DNA of 42,647 nucleotides from Vicinamibacteria bacterium (GCA_039812725.1 JBDIBD010000002.1:1-42647), one strand, 5' to 3'; counted from the first letter of the stretch, positions 24,053 to 33,591 are shown. Notes: generated by a model not told the origin, from the letters alone. A program made the numbers and translations.

Positions 24053-25414
24053 ATGAGCAACCGCCGACGGATCGTGATCGTGGACGACGAGGAGGCCATC
24101 CGCTCGATGCTCGTCCACACCCTGCCCGGCGACGAGTTCGAGCTGTTCACCTTCGGCCAGGCCCCCGAGGCGCTGCGCCTGCTGCCCGAGCTGCGGCCCG
24201 ACCTGATCCTGTGCGACGTGATGATGCCCGACATGGACGGGCACGCCTTCTTCCAGGAGGTCAAGCGCCTCGACGGCCTGCGCCAGGTGCCCTTCCTCTT
24301 CCTCTCCGCCGTGAACGCCACCGACGAGATCGTGGCCACGATGGAGGCCGGCGCCGACGACTTCGTCAACAAGCCCTTCTCCCCCGCCCGGCTGCTGGCC
24401 AAGGTGCGGGCCGTGCTGCGGCTGGCCGGCCGCACGGCGCCTTTTGCCGAGGAGCGCCGCCACGACGCCCTGGCAGGCGAGATCGGCGCGCGCGGCACGC
24501 TGCCGCTGGTGAAGTTCTGCGAGACCGTGCGCCTCTCGGGCCGGCTGACCGTCACGGCCCCGGGCCTGGAGCGCTGGGCGGCCTTCCTGGGCGGCGAGCT
24601 GGTGGCGGCCGGCAGCGAGCCCGACACGCCCGGCGAGGAGCCGATCGACCTGTTGCTGGCGATGACGTCGGGGCACTACGAGATCACCCAGAACCGCCTC
24701 GACCCGGCGGCGCTGGCGGCCCTCAGCGTGGCCGAGGCCGGCGCGGCCCCCGTCGCCGAGGAGGCGGCCCCGGCGCACCCGCCGGGCGGCCTGCTGACGC
24801 GGCTCGACGTGCGCGGCGACAGCGTCACGGTGCAGACCGAGGCCGAGAACCGCCCGGACTTCACGGTCACCACCGTGATCACGCGCGGCGGCCACGTGAT
24901 CCGCAAGATCGAGAGCGGCTGGCCGCACCCGCAGCAGCGCGGCGACGACCAGGCCGCGGCCGAGGCCCACGTGCAGCGCCAGCACGAGCGCGTGACCTCC
25001 GCCGTGCGCGAGCTGCAGCGGCCGGCCCCGGGCGCGGGACAGGCCCGGGTGGACGGCGCCCTGCTGGCCTGGGCGGTCTCGTTCGTGGCCGAGCAGGCCC
25101 GCGACCTGCTGGGCGCGGTCATGACCGTGGCGCTGCTGCGCCGCACGCACAAGCGCCTGGTGCAGGACTTCGACCTGCTGCGCGAGCTGCGCGTGGGCCC
25201 CGACGGGCGCGTGACCATCGACCCGGCCCGGGCGGCCCTGCCGCCGGTGGCGGTGCGGGCCGTGGCCGGCTGGCTGAAGGCCTTCCTCGACGAGTCGGGC
25301 GCGCTGGTCGAGAAGGCCGGCCGCATCCGCGTGCGGCAGGCCACGCGCATGATGGAGGCCGACCTCGAGAGGCTGGGCTTCTACACGGCCCTGGGCGAGC
25401 CCGCCGGGCCCTGA
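24053..25414 (+). CDS. Response regulator receiver + PATAN/DUF4388 domain + C-terminal domain of unknown function
   Basis: Receiver region 'IVIVDDEEAIRSML...PDLILCDVMMPDMDG...FLFLSA...DFVNKPF' is present. 'GTLPLVKFCETVRLSGRLTVTAPG...AFLGGELVAA' resembles DUF4388/PATAN. Confidence 0.75.
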   Translation: MSNRRRIVIVDDEEAIRSMLVHTLPGDEFELFTFGQAPEALRLLPELRPDLILCDVMMPDMDGHAFFQEVKRLDGLRQVPFLFLSAVNATDEIVATMEAGADDFVNKPFSPARLLAKVRAVLRLAGRTAPFAEERRHDALAGEIGARGTLPLVKFCETVRLSGRLTVTAPGLERWAAFLGGELVAAGSEPDTPGEEPIDLLLAMTSGHYEITQNRLDPAALAALSVAEAGAAPVAEEAAPAHPPGGLLTRLDVRGDSVTVQTEAENRPDFTVTTVITRGGHVIRKIESGWPHPQQRGDDQAAAEAHVQRQHERVTSAVRELQRPAPGAGQARVDGALLAWAVSFVAEQARDLLGAVMTVALLRRTHKRLVQDFDLLRELRVGPDGRVTIDPARAALPPVAVRAVAGWLKAFLDESGALVEKAGRIRVRQATRMMEADLERLGFYTALGEPAGP

Positions 25415-25420
25415 GGCGAC

Positions 25421-27322
25421 ATGGACGAACCGACGGAACAGGAGCAGATGGCCTTGGTCCGGCTGATCGGCCGGGCAACTGCCGAAGCGATGCGCCTCGA
25501 GGACTTCGAGGCCTTGCGCGAGTGGCTGCGAAACGAAGCCCCCAAGGCCTTGCCCGCCCTTGCGGCGGAAGCCAACTCCGAACGCGGGCGGAAGGCAGGC
25601 ATCAACGCCATCGCCACCAGCATCTGGAACGCCGTGCCGCTGCCCTCGAACGGGTACCAGCCCCGACCCCGCCCGGCGCCGGGCCGCAACGAGCCCTGCC
25701 CCTGTGGATCGGAAGAGAAGTTCAAGCGCTGCTGCGGCCAGGTCGCGCCCGTCTTCCCTTCCCTGCCGCCTCACGCCGTCTGGCCGGCCCTGATCGAGTT
25801 CGCTACGGACCAGGAGCTGGCGCGCTACGTCGGTGACCCCGGCCTGCCGCCGCTCCCTCTGGGGGCGGTGGCCCTGGCCCTGCGGGAACGCGGCCAGGGC
25901 GAGACGGCCCTGGGGGCCTTGCGGTCCCGTTTCGGGGGCAAGGCGCAGATCGACGAACGCTACGAGGAGGTCTTGGACGTCTATCTGGACCTGACCGGCG
26001 ACGTGCGCGGACCGGACGCGCTGGAAGCTCTAGCCGACAGCCTGCTCGGGCGGCTGCCGGAACGCCTGAAGGCCGTGCCGCTGCGCCACATGATCCCGCG
26101 CGCCCTGGCCCTGCGCGAGACGGATCGGGCCTTCGACCTGCTGGAGCGCCTCCGCGCCGCCGACCCGGACGACCCACGGCTGGGGCCGCTGGAGGTCGCG
26201 ACGCTGCTGGCCGCGGACGACCTGGCGCTGGCGGCCCAGCGTGCGCGCTTCTGGCTGACCGCCCTGCGCCGGCGCGGCCAGGAAGAGGACATGGCCGAGG
26301 CGGTCAAGATGCTGGAGCAGGCGGCCAGCGACCCCGAGGCGGCGGCGGCCGAGATGTTCGCCGACGAGCCGCCCCTGTTCGCCCACCTGGAGTCCACCCT
26401 GCACGCCGGCCTGGGCCGCCCCGTGCGGCCCTATGCGCTCGACCCCGATGCTCCCAGCGTGGTCTTCGGGACCCCGCCGCGCGGCGTGCGCGCCGCGGAG
26501 AAGGCCTGGCGCAAGGTCTGGCCGGAGCTCAAGCCCGGCCTGGTCTCGTTCGACGTGGACCTGCCCGCGTCCCTGGTGGATGAGCCGGAGGCGTGGCTCA
26601 CGGTCCTGCGGGAGCACCCCGAGGTCTTCGACAGCCTCGACGTGCTCGACGACCTGGCGCTGGTCGTCGACCCCTTCGTCGACGTGATCGCCCCCTCCCG
26701 CGCGGACACCCTGCTCCACCCGCTGCTGGAACGGGCGGCGGCGATCGTCCGCGCCAGCCTCGCGCAGCGCGCCCAGCCCGCGGAGGTCCCCTGGGCCGCC
26801 TGGGAGAACAGGCCGGCCTTGCGACTGCTGTCCCGCCTGGCGTTCGTGCTGGACGACGCCAAGGACGGCAGCCAGGCCGTGCCGGTCTACGAGGAGCTGC
26901 TGCGCCTCAACCGCAACGACAACCACGGCCACCGTTGCTGGCTCGTCAACCACTACCTGCGCCACGGCCATGACGCCCGGGCCCTGGAGGTCGCCCAGCG
27001 CTATCCGGGCGACGCGCTGGTCGACACCGCCTTCGGCCACGGCCTGGCGCTCTGGCGCCTGGGCCGGCGCGAGGAAGCCGAGGATGCTCTTCGCAAGGCG
27101 GCCTCCCGGTCGCCGCTGGTTGTCGAGGCTCTGCTCGCGCCGAAGATCCGGCGGCCCAAGCTGACGCCCGGCCGCCTCCACTTCGGCGGCAAGGACGAGG
27201 CCTGGACCTATCGCCAGGACATGCGCGACGTCTGGCTGGCCAGCCCCGACGCGCTCGAGTTCCTGGCGAGCCCGCCCAAGCCGCCCGCCAAGCCGGAGCC
27301 ACCAGTCCACAAGAAGCGCTGA
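25421..27322 (+). CDS. SEC-C-motif (metal-binding) protein with a long helical/TPR-like C-terminal region
   Basis: An internal SEC-C motif 'PGRNEPCPCGSEEKFKRCCG' is present. The C-terminal 'LRLNRNDNHGHRCWLVNHYLRHGHDARALEVAQRYPGD...GLALWRLGRREEAEDALRKA' is TPR-like. Its start lies 7 nt after the previous stop. Confidence 0.65.
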   Translation: MDEPTEQEQMALVRLIGRATAEAMRLEDFEALREWLRNEAPKALPALAAEANSERGRKAGINAIATSIWNAVPLPSNGYQPRPRPAPGRNEPCPCGSEEKFKRCCGQVAPVFPSLPPHAVWPALIEFATDQELARYVGDPGLPPLPLGAVALALRERGQGETALGALRSRFGGKAQIDERYEEVLDVYLDLTGDVRGPDALEALADSLLGRLPERLKAVPLRHMIPRALALRETDRAFDLLERLRAADPDDPRLGPLEVATLLAADDLALAAQRARFWLTALRRRGQEEDMAEAVKMLEQAASDPEAAAAEMFADEPPLFAHLESTLHAGLGRPVRPYALDPDAPSVVFGTPPRGVRAAEKAWRKVWPELKPGLVSFDVDLPASLVDEPEAWLTVLREHPEVFDSLDVLDDLALVVDPFVDVIAPSRADTLLHPLLERAAAIVRASLAQRAQPAEVPWAAWENRPALRLLSRLAFVLDDAKDGSQAVPVYEELLRLNRNDNHGHRCWLVNHYLRHGHDARALEVAQRYPGDALVDTAFGHGLALWRLGRREEAEDALRKAASRSPLVVEALLAPKIRRPKLTPGRLHFGGKDEAWTYRQDMRDVWLASPDALEFLASPPKPPAKPEPPVHKKR

Positions 27323-27362
27323 TCCGCCGGCCCGGCGCCTGTATCATCCCGGCGCGCCCCCC

Positions 27363-29048
27363 ATGGACCTGGCCGCCACGCTCGTCACGCTGCTCGCCTT
27401 CGCGCTGCCCGGGACGCTGCTCTGGTTCGCCCTCGCGGGCCGGCCGCAGGGCGCGGAAGAGGCCGCCGAGGGGCTGGCCGTGGGCCTGGCGGGGGGCCTT
27501 CTGCTGCTGCGCCTGGCGGCCGAGACCGACCTCGGGCTCTTCACCACCGCGGGCGCCGGCCTGGGCGCGATCGGGGCCCTGGCTCTGGCCCGCACCGCGC
27601 GCGGCCGGCTGCGGCCCGCGGGCCTCAGCCGCGAGGGGCGTCTGCTGCTCGTGCTGCTCCTGGCCTGCCTGGCGCTGCGCGTCGTGCCGCTGCTGCTCAA
27701 CCCGCTGCCGCTCGGCTGGGACCCGTACTTCCACCTGCTGCTGGCCGAAAAGGCCCGGGTGCTGGGCCGCGCCGTCCACGACTGGCGGCCCTACGAGGAC
27801 ATCCCGCTGCACTACCCCATCGCCACGCACCTGCTGCTGGCCTGGGCCAGCCGGCTGAGCGGCGTGGCCCTGCCGCTGGTCTTCGGGGCCGCCCAGGTGC
27901 TGGCGACGCTGCTGACCACCGCGTTGGCCTTCGCTGCGGTCAGCCGCGCCAGCGGCTCGCGCGAGCTGGCCCTGCAGGCCGCCGCGGCCTACGGCCTGTG
28001 GGCGGTCTACGGCGGACTCGACTACGCCCGCTGGGGCGGGCTGCCGAGCGCGCTGGCCATGGCGCTGATGCTGGCGCTGCTGTCCCTGGCCCTGCGGCCG
28101 GCCGAGGCCGGAGCCTGGCCGGTCGTCGGCATCGCGCTGCTGACCGGGGCCGTGGCGCACTCGCACCACCACGGTCTGGTGACGCTCGGGTTGGTCTTCG
28201 GCGCGGCCTGGCTGATCTCGCTGACCCTGCGCCGCGACGCGCTGGTGGCGCGACGGCTCGGCCTGGGCCTGGCGTTCGGGGCCCTGCTCGGGGCCGGGCC
28301 GTTGATCGACCACGCCCGGCGCATCCCGCTGGCCCCGCTGACGGGCCTCGACAGCTACGTGGAGCCCGCCGTCCCGCCCGTGCGCGCCCTGCTCGGCCTC
28401 GGGCTGGCGTTCTCGGCGGCGGGCCTGGTGGGTTGGCGCCTGGCGCGCGGACGCTGGCGGCTGCACCCGCTCTACCTGCAGGTCCTGGGCCTGCTGCTCG
28501 CGCTGTTCGTGATCGGCGACTGGGGCGTGCGGCTGGCCGCGGCCCTGTGGCTGCGACGCGACTGGGCGCCCTTCACGCCCAGCCGCTTCCTGGCGGACGC
28601 CGCCGTGCTGCTGGCGGTCTTCCCCGCCGTGGCGCTGCTGGAGCTGGCGCGACGCCGGCCGCGCCTGGTGCTGCCCGTGCTGGCGCTGGGCACGCTGGCC
28701 AACGCGCGGGACTGGCTGAACCTGACGCGCTCCCCGGTCGAGCCGGAGCGCCTGGCCCTCTACGACTGCGTGCGCCAGCGCACCGCCCCGGAGACGCTGG
28801 TGCTCGACCGCTGGATCTTCGCCAGCTACTTCACGGGGCGCGCCTCGTCGAGCCTGCCGCTGCCCAGCTCGGAGCTGTGGGCCCTGGCCGCCCGGCGCCA
28901 GTTGGGGAAGGCCATCCTGGCCGGGGCGGTGCCGCCCTCGGCCTCGCCGGCGCCGGTGGTCTGGCTGCGCGAGCCGGGCCAGCCGCAGGTGGGTTCCGTG
29001 CTGTGCGGCGACCCGGCCGGCCTGGCCGCGGTGGTCCTGAAGCCGTGA
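27363..29048 (+). CDS. Polytopic membrane protein, GT-C-fold glycosyltransferase-like (tentative)
   Basis: It has more than 10 hydrophobic helices. The first loop motif 'GWDPYFHLLLAE' resembles the acidic first-loop motif of STT3/GT-C enzymes. No soluble catalytic domain was recognised. Confidence 0.5.
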   Translation: MDLAATLVTLLAFALPGTLLWFALAGRPQGAEEAAEGLAVGLAGGLLLLRLAAETDLGLFTTAGAGLGAIGALALARTARGRLRPAGLSREGRLLLVLLLACLALRVVPLLLNPLPLGWDPYFHLLLAEKARVLGRAVHDWRPYEDIPLHYPIATHLLLAWASRLSGVALPLVFGAAQVLATLLTTALAFAAVSRASGSRELALQAAAAYGLWAVYGGLDYARWGGLPSALAMALMLALLSLALRPAEAGAWPVVGIALLTGAVAHSHHHGLVTLGLVFGAAWLISLTLRRDALVARRLGLGLAFGALLGAGPLIDHARRIPLAPLTGLDSYVEPAVPPVRALLGLGLAFSAAGLVGWRLARGRWRLHPLYLQVLGLLLALFVIGDWGVRLAAALWLRRDWAPFTPSRFLADAAVLLAVFPAVALLELARRRPRLVLPVLALGTLANARDWLNLTRSPVEPERLALYDCVRQRTAPETLVLDRWIFASYFTGRASSSLPLPSSELWALAARRQLGKAILAGAVPPSASPAPVVWLREPGQPQVGSVLCGDPAGLAAVVLKP

Positions 29049-30601
29049 GGCGCCCCGCGCTGGGCGGCCCGGCCGGCGGCCTGCTGACGGTGCTGTGCGT
29101 GACGCTGGCCTGCTGCCTGAGCTGGCCCCGCGACGAGTACCCCGGCGACCCCGTGGCCATCCGCATGGAGACGCGCCACCTGCTGGAGACCGGCCGCCTC
29201 GGCGTCGACCCGGCCTTCGCCTCGGTCTTCGGCGAGCGCGGGCAGTACTACTTCTACAACCAGGCCAGCGACCGCTGGTTTCCCAAGTACGGCCTGCTGA
29301 ACAGCCTGGTCTACGTCCCGGCGCTGTGGGCGCAGTCGCGGCTCACGGGCGAGCTCGGGCCGCACTACGGCTACCGGCCGCGCACGCTGGCGCTCAACCT
29401 GACCAACCTGGCCTTCGCGGCCCTCTCGGCGGCCTACCTCTACGCGCTGCTGGGGCTCTTCCGTCCCGGGCCCGGCCCGGCCGTCGGCGCGCGCCTGCTG
29501 TTCGTGCTGCTGGCCTGCTTCGGCACGTTCTGGTGGAACTACCTGCGCGCCCACTCCTCCGAGGTCTACCAGGCGGCCTTCCTGCTGGCGCTGCACTACC
29601 ACCTCTTCCGCCACGTCGCGGAAACCGGGCCGCGCCCGCGCGCGCACCCGCTGGCGGCGGCCCTCTGGCTGGCCGCGCTCGTGCAGGTGAAGGTCGTCTA
29701 CGTGCTCTACGCCCCGCTGGTGGTGGCCTTTCTCTGGCTCACGCGGCCGGGCGAGGCGCGGGGCCGGCTGACCGAGCGTGCGGCCTGGCGCGCGTTCCTG
29801 CGCGAGCACGGTCTCTTCTGCCTGCTGCCGCTGGCCCTCGGCCTCCTGGCGCTGCTGTGGGTGCAGCGCTTCAAGTTCGGCTCCGCCTTCGACACGGGCT
29901 ACACGCAGTGGCAGCGCGAGCGCCACCCGTTCTCCGGGAACCTCCTCACCGGCCTGGCCGGCTACCTGGCCAGCCCGCAGGGCGGCGTGTTCCTGCACTT
30001 TCCGCTGCTTCTCTTCGCGCTCTTCGCGGCACGGGGCTTCCTGCGGCGCCACCGGGCCCAGTACCTGTTCGTGCTGGCGGGCAGCCTGGCGCTGCTGCTG
30101 GTCTCGTCGCAGTTCGTCAACTGGCGCGGGGAGAACTGTTACGGGCCGCGCTACCTGCTGCCGGTCCTGCCGCTCTTGGCCCTGCCCGCCTTCGCCTGGC
30201 TGGCCGACGGGGAATGGCGCCGGGAGCCCCGCCGCGCCGCCTGGACCGCCGGCCTGCTGGCGGCCAGCCTCTTCTGGGGCCGGATGCAGATGCGCGTCAA
30301 CGAGACGCCCTTCCTGACCTTCTACGGCTTCAAGGCGGAGTGCGCGCCCCTGGCGCGCGACGGGATCGTGGCGGCCTACTTCGCCTGGACGCCTTTTCCG
30401 TTCGTCAGCGCCGACCTGGCCGACTTCGTGCGCGACGGGCGCCGGGCGCCGATCCTGGTGCGGCTCGAGCAGCTGCTGGGCCCGGCGGCCTTCGAGGTGC
30501 TCTCGGCCCGCATCCGCGCCGGGATCGTCTCGAACTACTGGTGGGATGGGCCGCCGACCTCAGCTCCGCCGCCGGCGCAGCTCGACCAGCCGCACCGCTG
30601 A
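29045..30601 (+). CDS. Polytopic membrane protein, ArnT/PMT_2-like GT-C glycosyltransferase (tentative)
   Basis: The GTG overlaps the previous TGA (GTGA). 'GDPVAIRMETRHLLETG...WFPKYGLLNSLVYVP' resembles the ArnT/PMT first-loop and 'KPPL' region. Many TM helices are present. Confidence 0.5.
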   Translation: MRRPALGGPAGGLLTVLCVTLACCLSWPRDEYPGDPVAIRMETRHLLETGRLGVDPAFASVFGERGQYYFYNQASDRWFPKYGLLNSLVYVPALWAQSRLTGELGPHYGYRPRTLALNLTNLAFAALSAAYLYALLGLFRPGPGPAVGARLLFVLLACFGTFWWNYLRAHSSEVYQAAFLLALHYHLFRHVAETGPRPRAHPLAAALWLAALVQVKVVYVLYAPLVVAFLWLTRPGEARGRLTERAAWRAFLREHGLFCLLPLALGLLALLWVQRFKFGSAFDTGYTQWQRERHPFSGNLLTGLAGYLASPQGGVFLHFPLLLFALFAARGFLRRHRAQYLFVLAGSLALLLVSSQFVNWRGENCYGPRYLLPVLPLLALPAFAWLADGEWRREPRRAAWTAGLLAASLFWGRMQMRVNETPFLTFYGFKAECAPLARDGIVAAYFAWTPFPFVSADLADFVRDGRRAPILVRLEQLLGPAAFEVLSARIRAGIVSNYWWDGPPTSAPPPAQLDQPHR

Positions 30602-32935
30602 GGCCTCGAGCCACTCGGGGTCGCGCCCCAGCAGCGCGCCGCTGCGCGGGTCGACCTGGCCGAACGACAGCACGCCCGTGGGGCACTGCTGCACGCAGGC
30701 CGAGCAGCGCACGCACTCGGGGTCGGCCATGGGCAGGCCCTTGTTGGCGAAGCCCATGACGTCGATGCCCTGGTGGCAGACGCTGGTGCAGACGTTGCAC
30801 GAGATGCACTTCTGCTTCTCGGCCAGGATGCGGAAGCGGGAGAAGCGCGCGTAGACGTGCATCAGCGCGGCCAGCGGGCAGGCGAAGCGGCACCAGGCCC
30901 GGCCCGAGTACCAGAAGTACAGCCCGTAGCCCAGGATGCCGGCCAGGAACAGGTCCACGAACCAGGCGTAGCCCGCGAAGCCCAGGCCGAAGGCGCGCGC
31001 GGCCAGCCCGCGCGGCCAGACCCAGCCGGCCACGCGCAGCAGCATGAGGACCACGACCGCCGCGAGGATCGCCTGCCCCAGCAGGTTGACGCGGTTCCAG
31101 GAAGGGCCATGGGGCATCTTGTGGCGCTGGCGGTCGCCGAGGGTCTCGGCCAGCGCGCCGCACGAGCAGATCCAGCCGCAGTAGGCGCCCTTGCCGAAGA
31201 AGTAGACCAGCGCCGGCACGAGCACGAACGTCTGCAGGGCGCCCAGGGCCAGCCAGCCCCACAGCGGCTGGGCGGTGAACCAGTTGTAGACGAACAGCGG
31301 CCAGGCCAGCACCAGCCCGTAGGCGCGCCAGTACTCGCGCCCGTGGCCGTAGGTCACGGCCGGGAACAGCGCGTCGGCCAGGCCGCGCCCGGCCCCGCCG
31401 TCGAACCAGCCGTTGTGGCCCAGCCAGGGCAACAGGAGCTCGGGCAGGAGGAAGAGCGGTAGGCACTGGATCGACATCAGCGTGAGCGTCTGCAGCCGGA
31501 CGTACGGCGTGCGCCGGTCGCGCATGCGCCGCAGGCCGAAGACGACCACCACCAGCGAGTAGGCCAGCGTGTAGTAGAAGGCCGGGCCCGAGGCCGAGAT
31601 CCGCAGCGTGCCGAGCAGCGTGGCTGGGTCGGCCAGCGCCGCCGCCAGGCCACCCCCGGCCGCCGCCAGCCCGGCGAACAGGCGCGCGGGGTCGGGGTTC
31701 AGCCAACCCGGCAGCGGTCCGAGGAACGGAACCGGCTTGCTCGACTTCCAGTGGTAGAGCCAGGTGCAGAACAGCACGAAGGCCGACAACGCGGCCCAGC
31801 CGCGGGCGGTCGTCTCGCCCGCGATGGCCACGCCCGACTCGCGGAAGAAGGCCAGCGGGGCCTCGCGGCCGATCATCGTGAAGACGGCCTGGTTGGGCAG
31901 GCTCAGCTCGGCGCCGTCGCGCGTCGCCAGGCTGACGTCGGCCTCGCGGATGGCGGTCACCCGGCTGCCCAGCAGCAGCCGGATCGAGCCCGGCGGGTGC
32001 GGGCGCTCGATGAAGTCCCCCGAGGCGGTCGTGACGCGCTCGGAGCTGGGGTGCTCGACGCCGACCTGGGCCAGGGGGTCGGCCTGCAGCGCCGCGAGCC
32101 TCGCCAGGTTGTCGGGCTTGGGGCGCGCCAGCTCGTCCTTGCGGTACGAGAGCGTCACGCGCGCCCCGCAGCCCGCCAGGCCGATCGCGGCCTCGACGGC
32201 CGAGTCGCCGCCGCCCACCACCAGCACGTCCCGGCCGGCGTAGTCCTGGGGGTCGTGCAGGCGGTTCGTGACCTTGTCGAGCTCCTCGCCCGGCACGCCC
32301 AGCCGCCGAAAGCTGCCCGAGCGGCCGATGGCCACGATCACGCGCCAGGCGCGCAGCGCCTGGCCGCCCTCCAGCTCGACCTCCAGCAGCCCCTCGCGCC
32401 GCGTCACGCGCCGGGCGTGGGCCGCGCGCGGCTCGATCCCCTGGCCCAGGGTCTGCTCGCGCAGCTCCTCGAGCAGCCCCTCGCGCACCGTGGAGCGCGG
32501 GCCGAACTGGAGCGGGCCGGCCGGCGTCATGCCGGTCGGGTAGGTGTAGATCGGCTTGCCCTTGGGGAAGTTGACCACCGTCGAGAAGGGCTGGGTGGCC
32601 TCGAGCAGCTCGAAGCGCAGGCCGGCCTGCTGGGCCTCGAGGGCGGCCGCCATGCCCGACACGCCCGCGCCCACGATCACCAGGTCGAGCACCCCGTCGC
32701 GCGGCGTCCGGCGGGCGAAGGCCGGGTCGGCCAGGAGGGCCCGCACCGCCCGCGCGCCGCCGTCGGCCGCGAGCTTGAGCAGCGGCACGCCGGTCAGGTC
32801 ACCCACCACGTAGAGCCCCGGCACGCCGGTCGAGCCGTCGGCGCGCACCACGGGCAGCCTCTCGACCGTGCCGGCCGGCCAGCGCGTGTGCAGCCAGTGG
32901 GCGTAGCGGGCCAGCGGCCTGGTGCTCGTGCTCAT
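30560..32935 (-). CDS. Fusion: FAD/NAD(P)-dependent (TrxB/YpdA-like) oxidoreductase + NapH/MauN-like integral-membrane polyferredoxin + 2x[4Fe-4S] domain
   Basis: 'LVIVGAGVSGMAAA' and 'VLVVGGGDSAVEAA' are dinucleotide folds. Membrane Cys motifs are 'YCGWICSCGALAE' and 'WCRFACPLAAL'. 'CISCNVCTSVCHQG...CVRCSACVQQCPTG' is present. Alternative starts are TTG 32947 and GTG 32944. Confidence 0.78.
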   Translation of the reverse strand: MSTSTRPLARYAHWLHTRWPAGTVERLPVVRADGSTGVPGLYVVGDLTGVPLLKLAADGGARAVRALLADPAFARRTPRDGVLDLVIVGAGVSGMAAALEAQQAGLRFELLEATQPFSTVVNFPKGKPIYTYPTGMTPAGPLQFGPRSTVREGLLEELREQTLGQGIEPRAAHARRVTRREGLLEVELEGGQALRAWRVIVAIGRSGSFRRLGVPGEELDKVTNRLHDPQDYAGRDVLVVGGGDSAVEAAIGLAGCGARVTLSYRKDELARPKPDNLARLAALQADPLAQVGVEHPSSERVTTASGDFIERPHPPGSIRLLLGSRVTAIREADVSLATRDGAELSLPNQAVFTMIGREAPLAFFRESGVAIAGETTARGWAALSAFVLFCTWLYHWKSSKPVPFLGPLPGWLNPDPARLFAGLAAAGGGLAAALADPATLLGTLRISASGPAFYYTLAYSLVVVVFGLRRMRDRRTPYVRLQTLTLMSIQCLPLFLLPELLLPWLGHNGWFDGGAGRGLADALFPAVTYGHGREYWRAYGLVLAWPLFVYNWFTAQPLWGWLALGALQTFVLVPALVYFFGKGAYCGWICSCGALAETLGDRQRHKMPHGPSWNRVNLLGQAILAAVVVLMLLRVAGWVWPRGLAARAFGLGFAGYAWFVDLFLAGILGYGLYFWYSGRAWCRFACPLAALMHVYARFSRFRILAEKQKCISCNVCTSVCHQGIDVMGFANKGLPMADPECVRCSACVQQCPTGVLSFGQVDPRSGALLGRDPEWLEASAVRLVELRRRRS

Positions 32936-32958
32936 GCTCTCCACCAACGCCGCGACAG

Positions 32959-33017
32959 CCGCGGAATTCCCGCGGCCTCCCCGCGCCTTGACTCTTCGCC
33001 CTTTCTTCGCCTAAGCT
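32959..33017 (+). promoter_or_regulatory. Candidate promoter TTGACT-18-TAAGCT for dinB-like gene, preceded by near-perfect palindrome CCGCGGAATTCCCGCGG
   Basis: The -35 is at 32988..32993, the -10 at 33012..33017 and the palindrome at 32959..32975. It sits in the 132-bp divergent intergenic region. Confidence 0.35.
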
Positions 33018-33067
33018 GCCGCTCCAGCGATCAGAGGGGCCACGGGCGCCGCCCGCGAGGAGGAACC

Positions 33068-33577
33068 ATGACACAGATGCAGATGTTGCTGCAGGAGCTC
33101 GAGCACGAGGCCGTCGCCACGCGCCGCACCCTGGAGCGCGTGCCGGCCGGAAAGCACGCCTGGAAGCCGCACGAGAAGTCCATGACCATGGGCCGCCTGG
33201 CCAGCCACCTGGCGGAAATCCCGGAGTGGGCCACGATGACGCTGCTGCGGGACGAGTTCGACATGGCTCCCCGGGGCCAGAAGCCGCACGAGTCGCTGAA
33301 CCTGGAGTCGCCGGCCGAGATCGTGGCGGCCTTCGACCGCTTCCTGGCTGAGGCGCGCGCGGCCTTCGGGAAGGTCCAGGACGCCGAGCTGGCCAAGCCC
33401 TGGACGCTGAAGGGCGGCGACCAGGTCTACTTCACGATGCCCAAGGGCGCGGTGCTGCGCAGCTTCGTCTTCAGCCACCTGGTGCACCACCGGGCGCAGC
33501 TGGGCGTCTACCTGCGCCTGAACGACGTGCCCGTGCCGTCGGTGTACGGTCCCTCGGCCGACGAGAGCGGGATGTAG
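33068..33577 (+). CDS. DinB-family (DinB_2-like four-helix bundle) protein
   Basis: 'LEHEAVATRRTLERVP...LASHLAEIPEW...FSHLVHHRAQLGVYLR' is present. SD GAGGAGGA lies upstream of the ATG. Confidence 0.75.
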   Translation: MTQMQMLLQELEHEAVATRRTLERVPAGKHAWKPHEKSMTMGRLASHLAEIPEWATMTLLRDEFDMAPRGQKPHESLNLESPAEIVAAFDRFLAEARAAFGKVQDAELAKPWTLKGGDQVYFTMPKGAVLRSFVFSHLVHHRAQLGVYLRLNDVPVPSVYGPSADESGM

Positions 33578-33591
33578 CGCGGAGTAGACTG

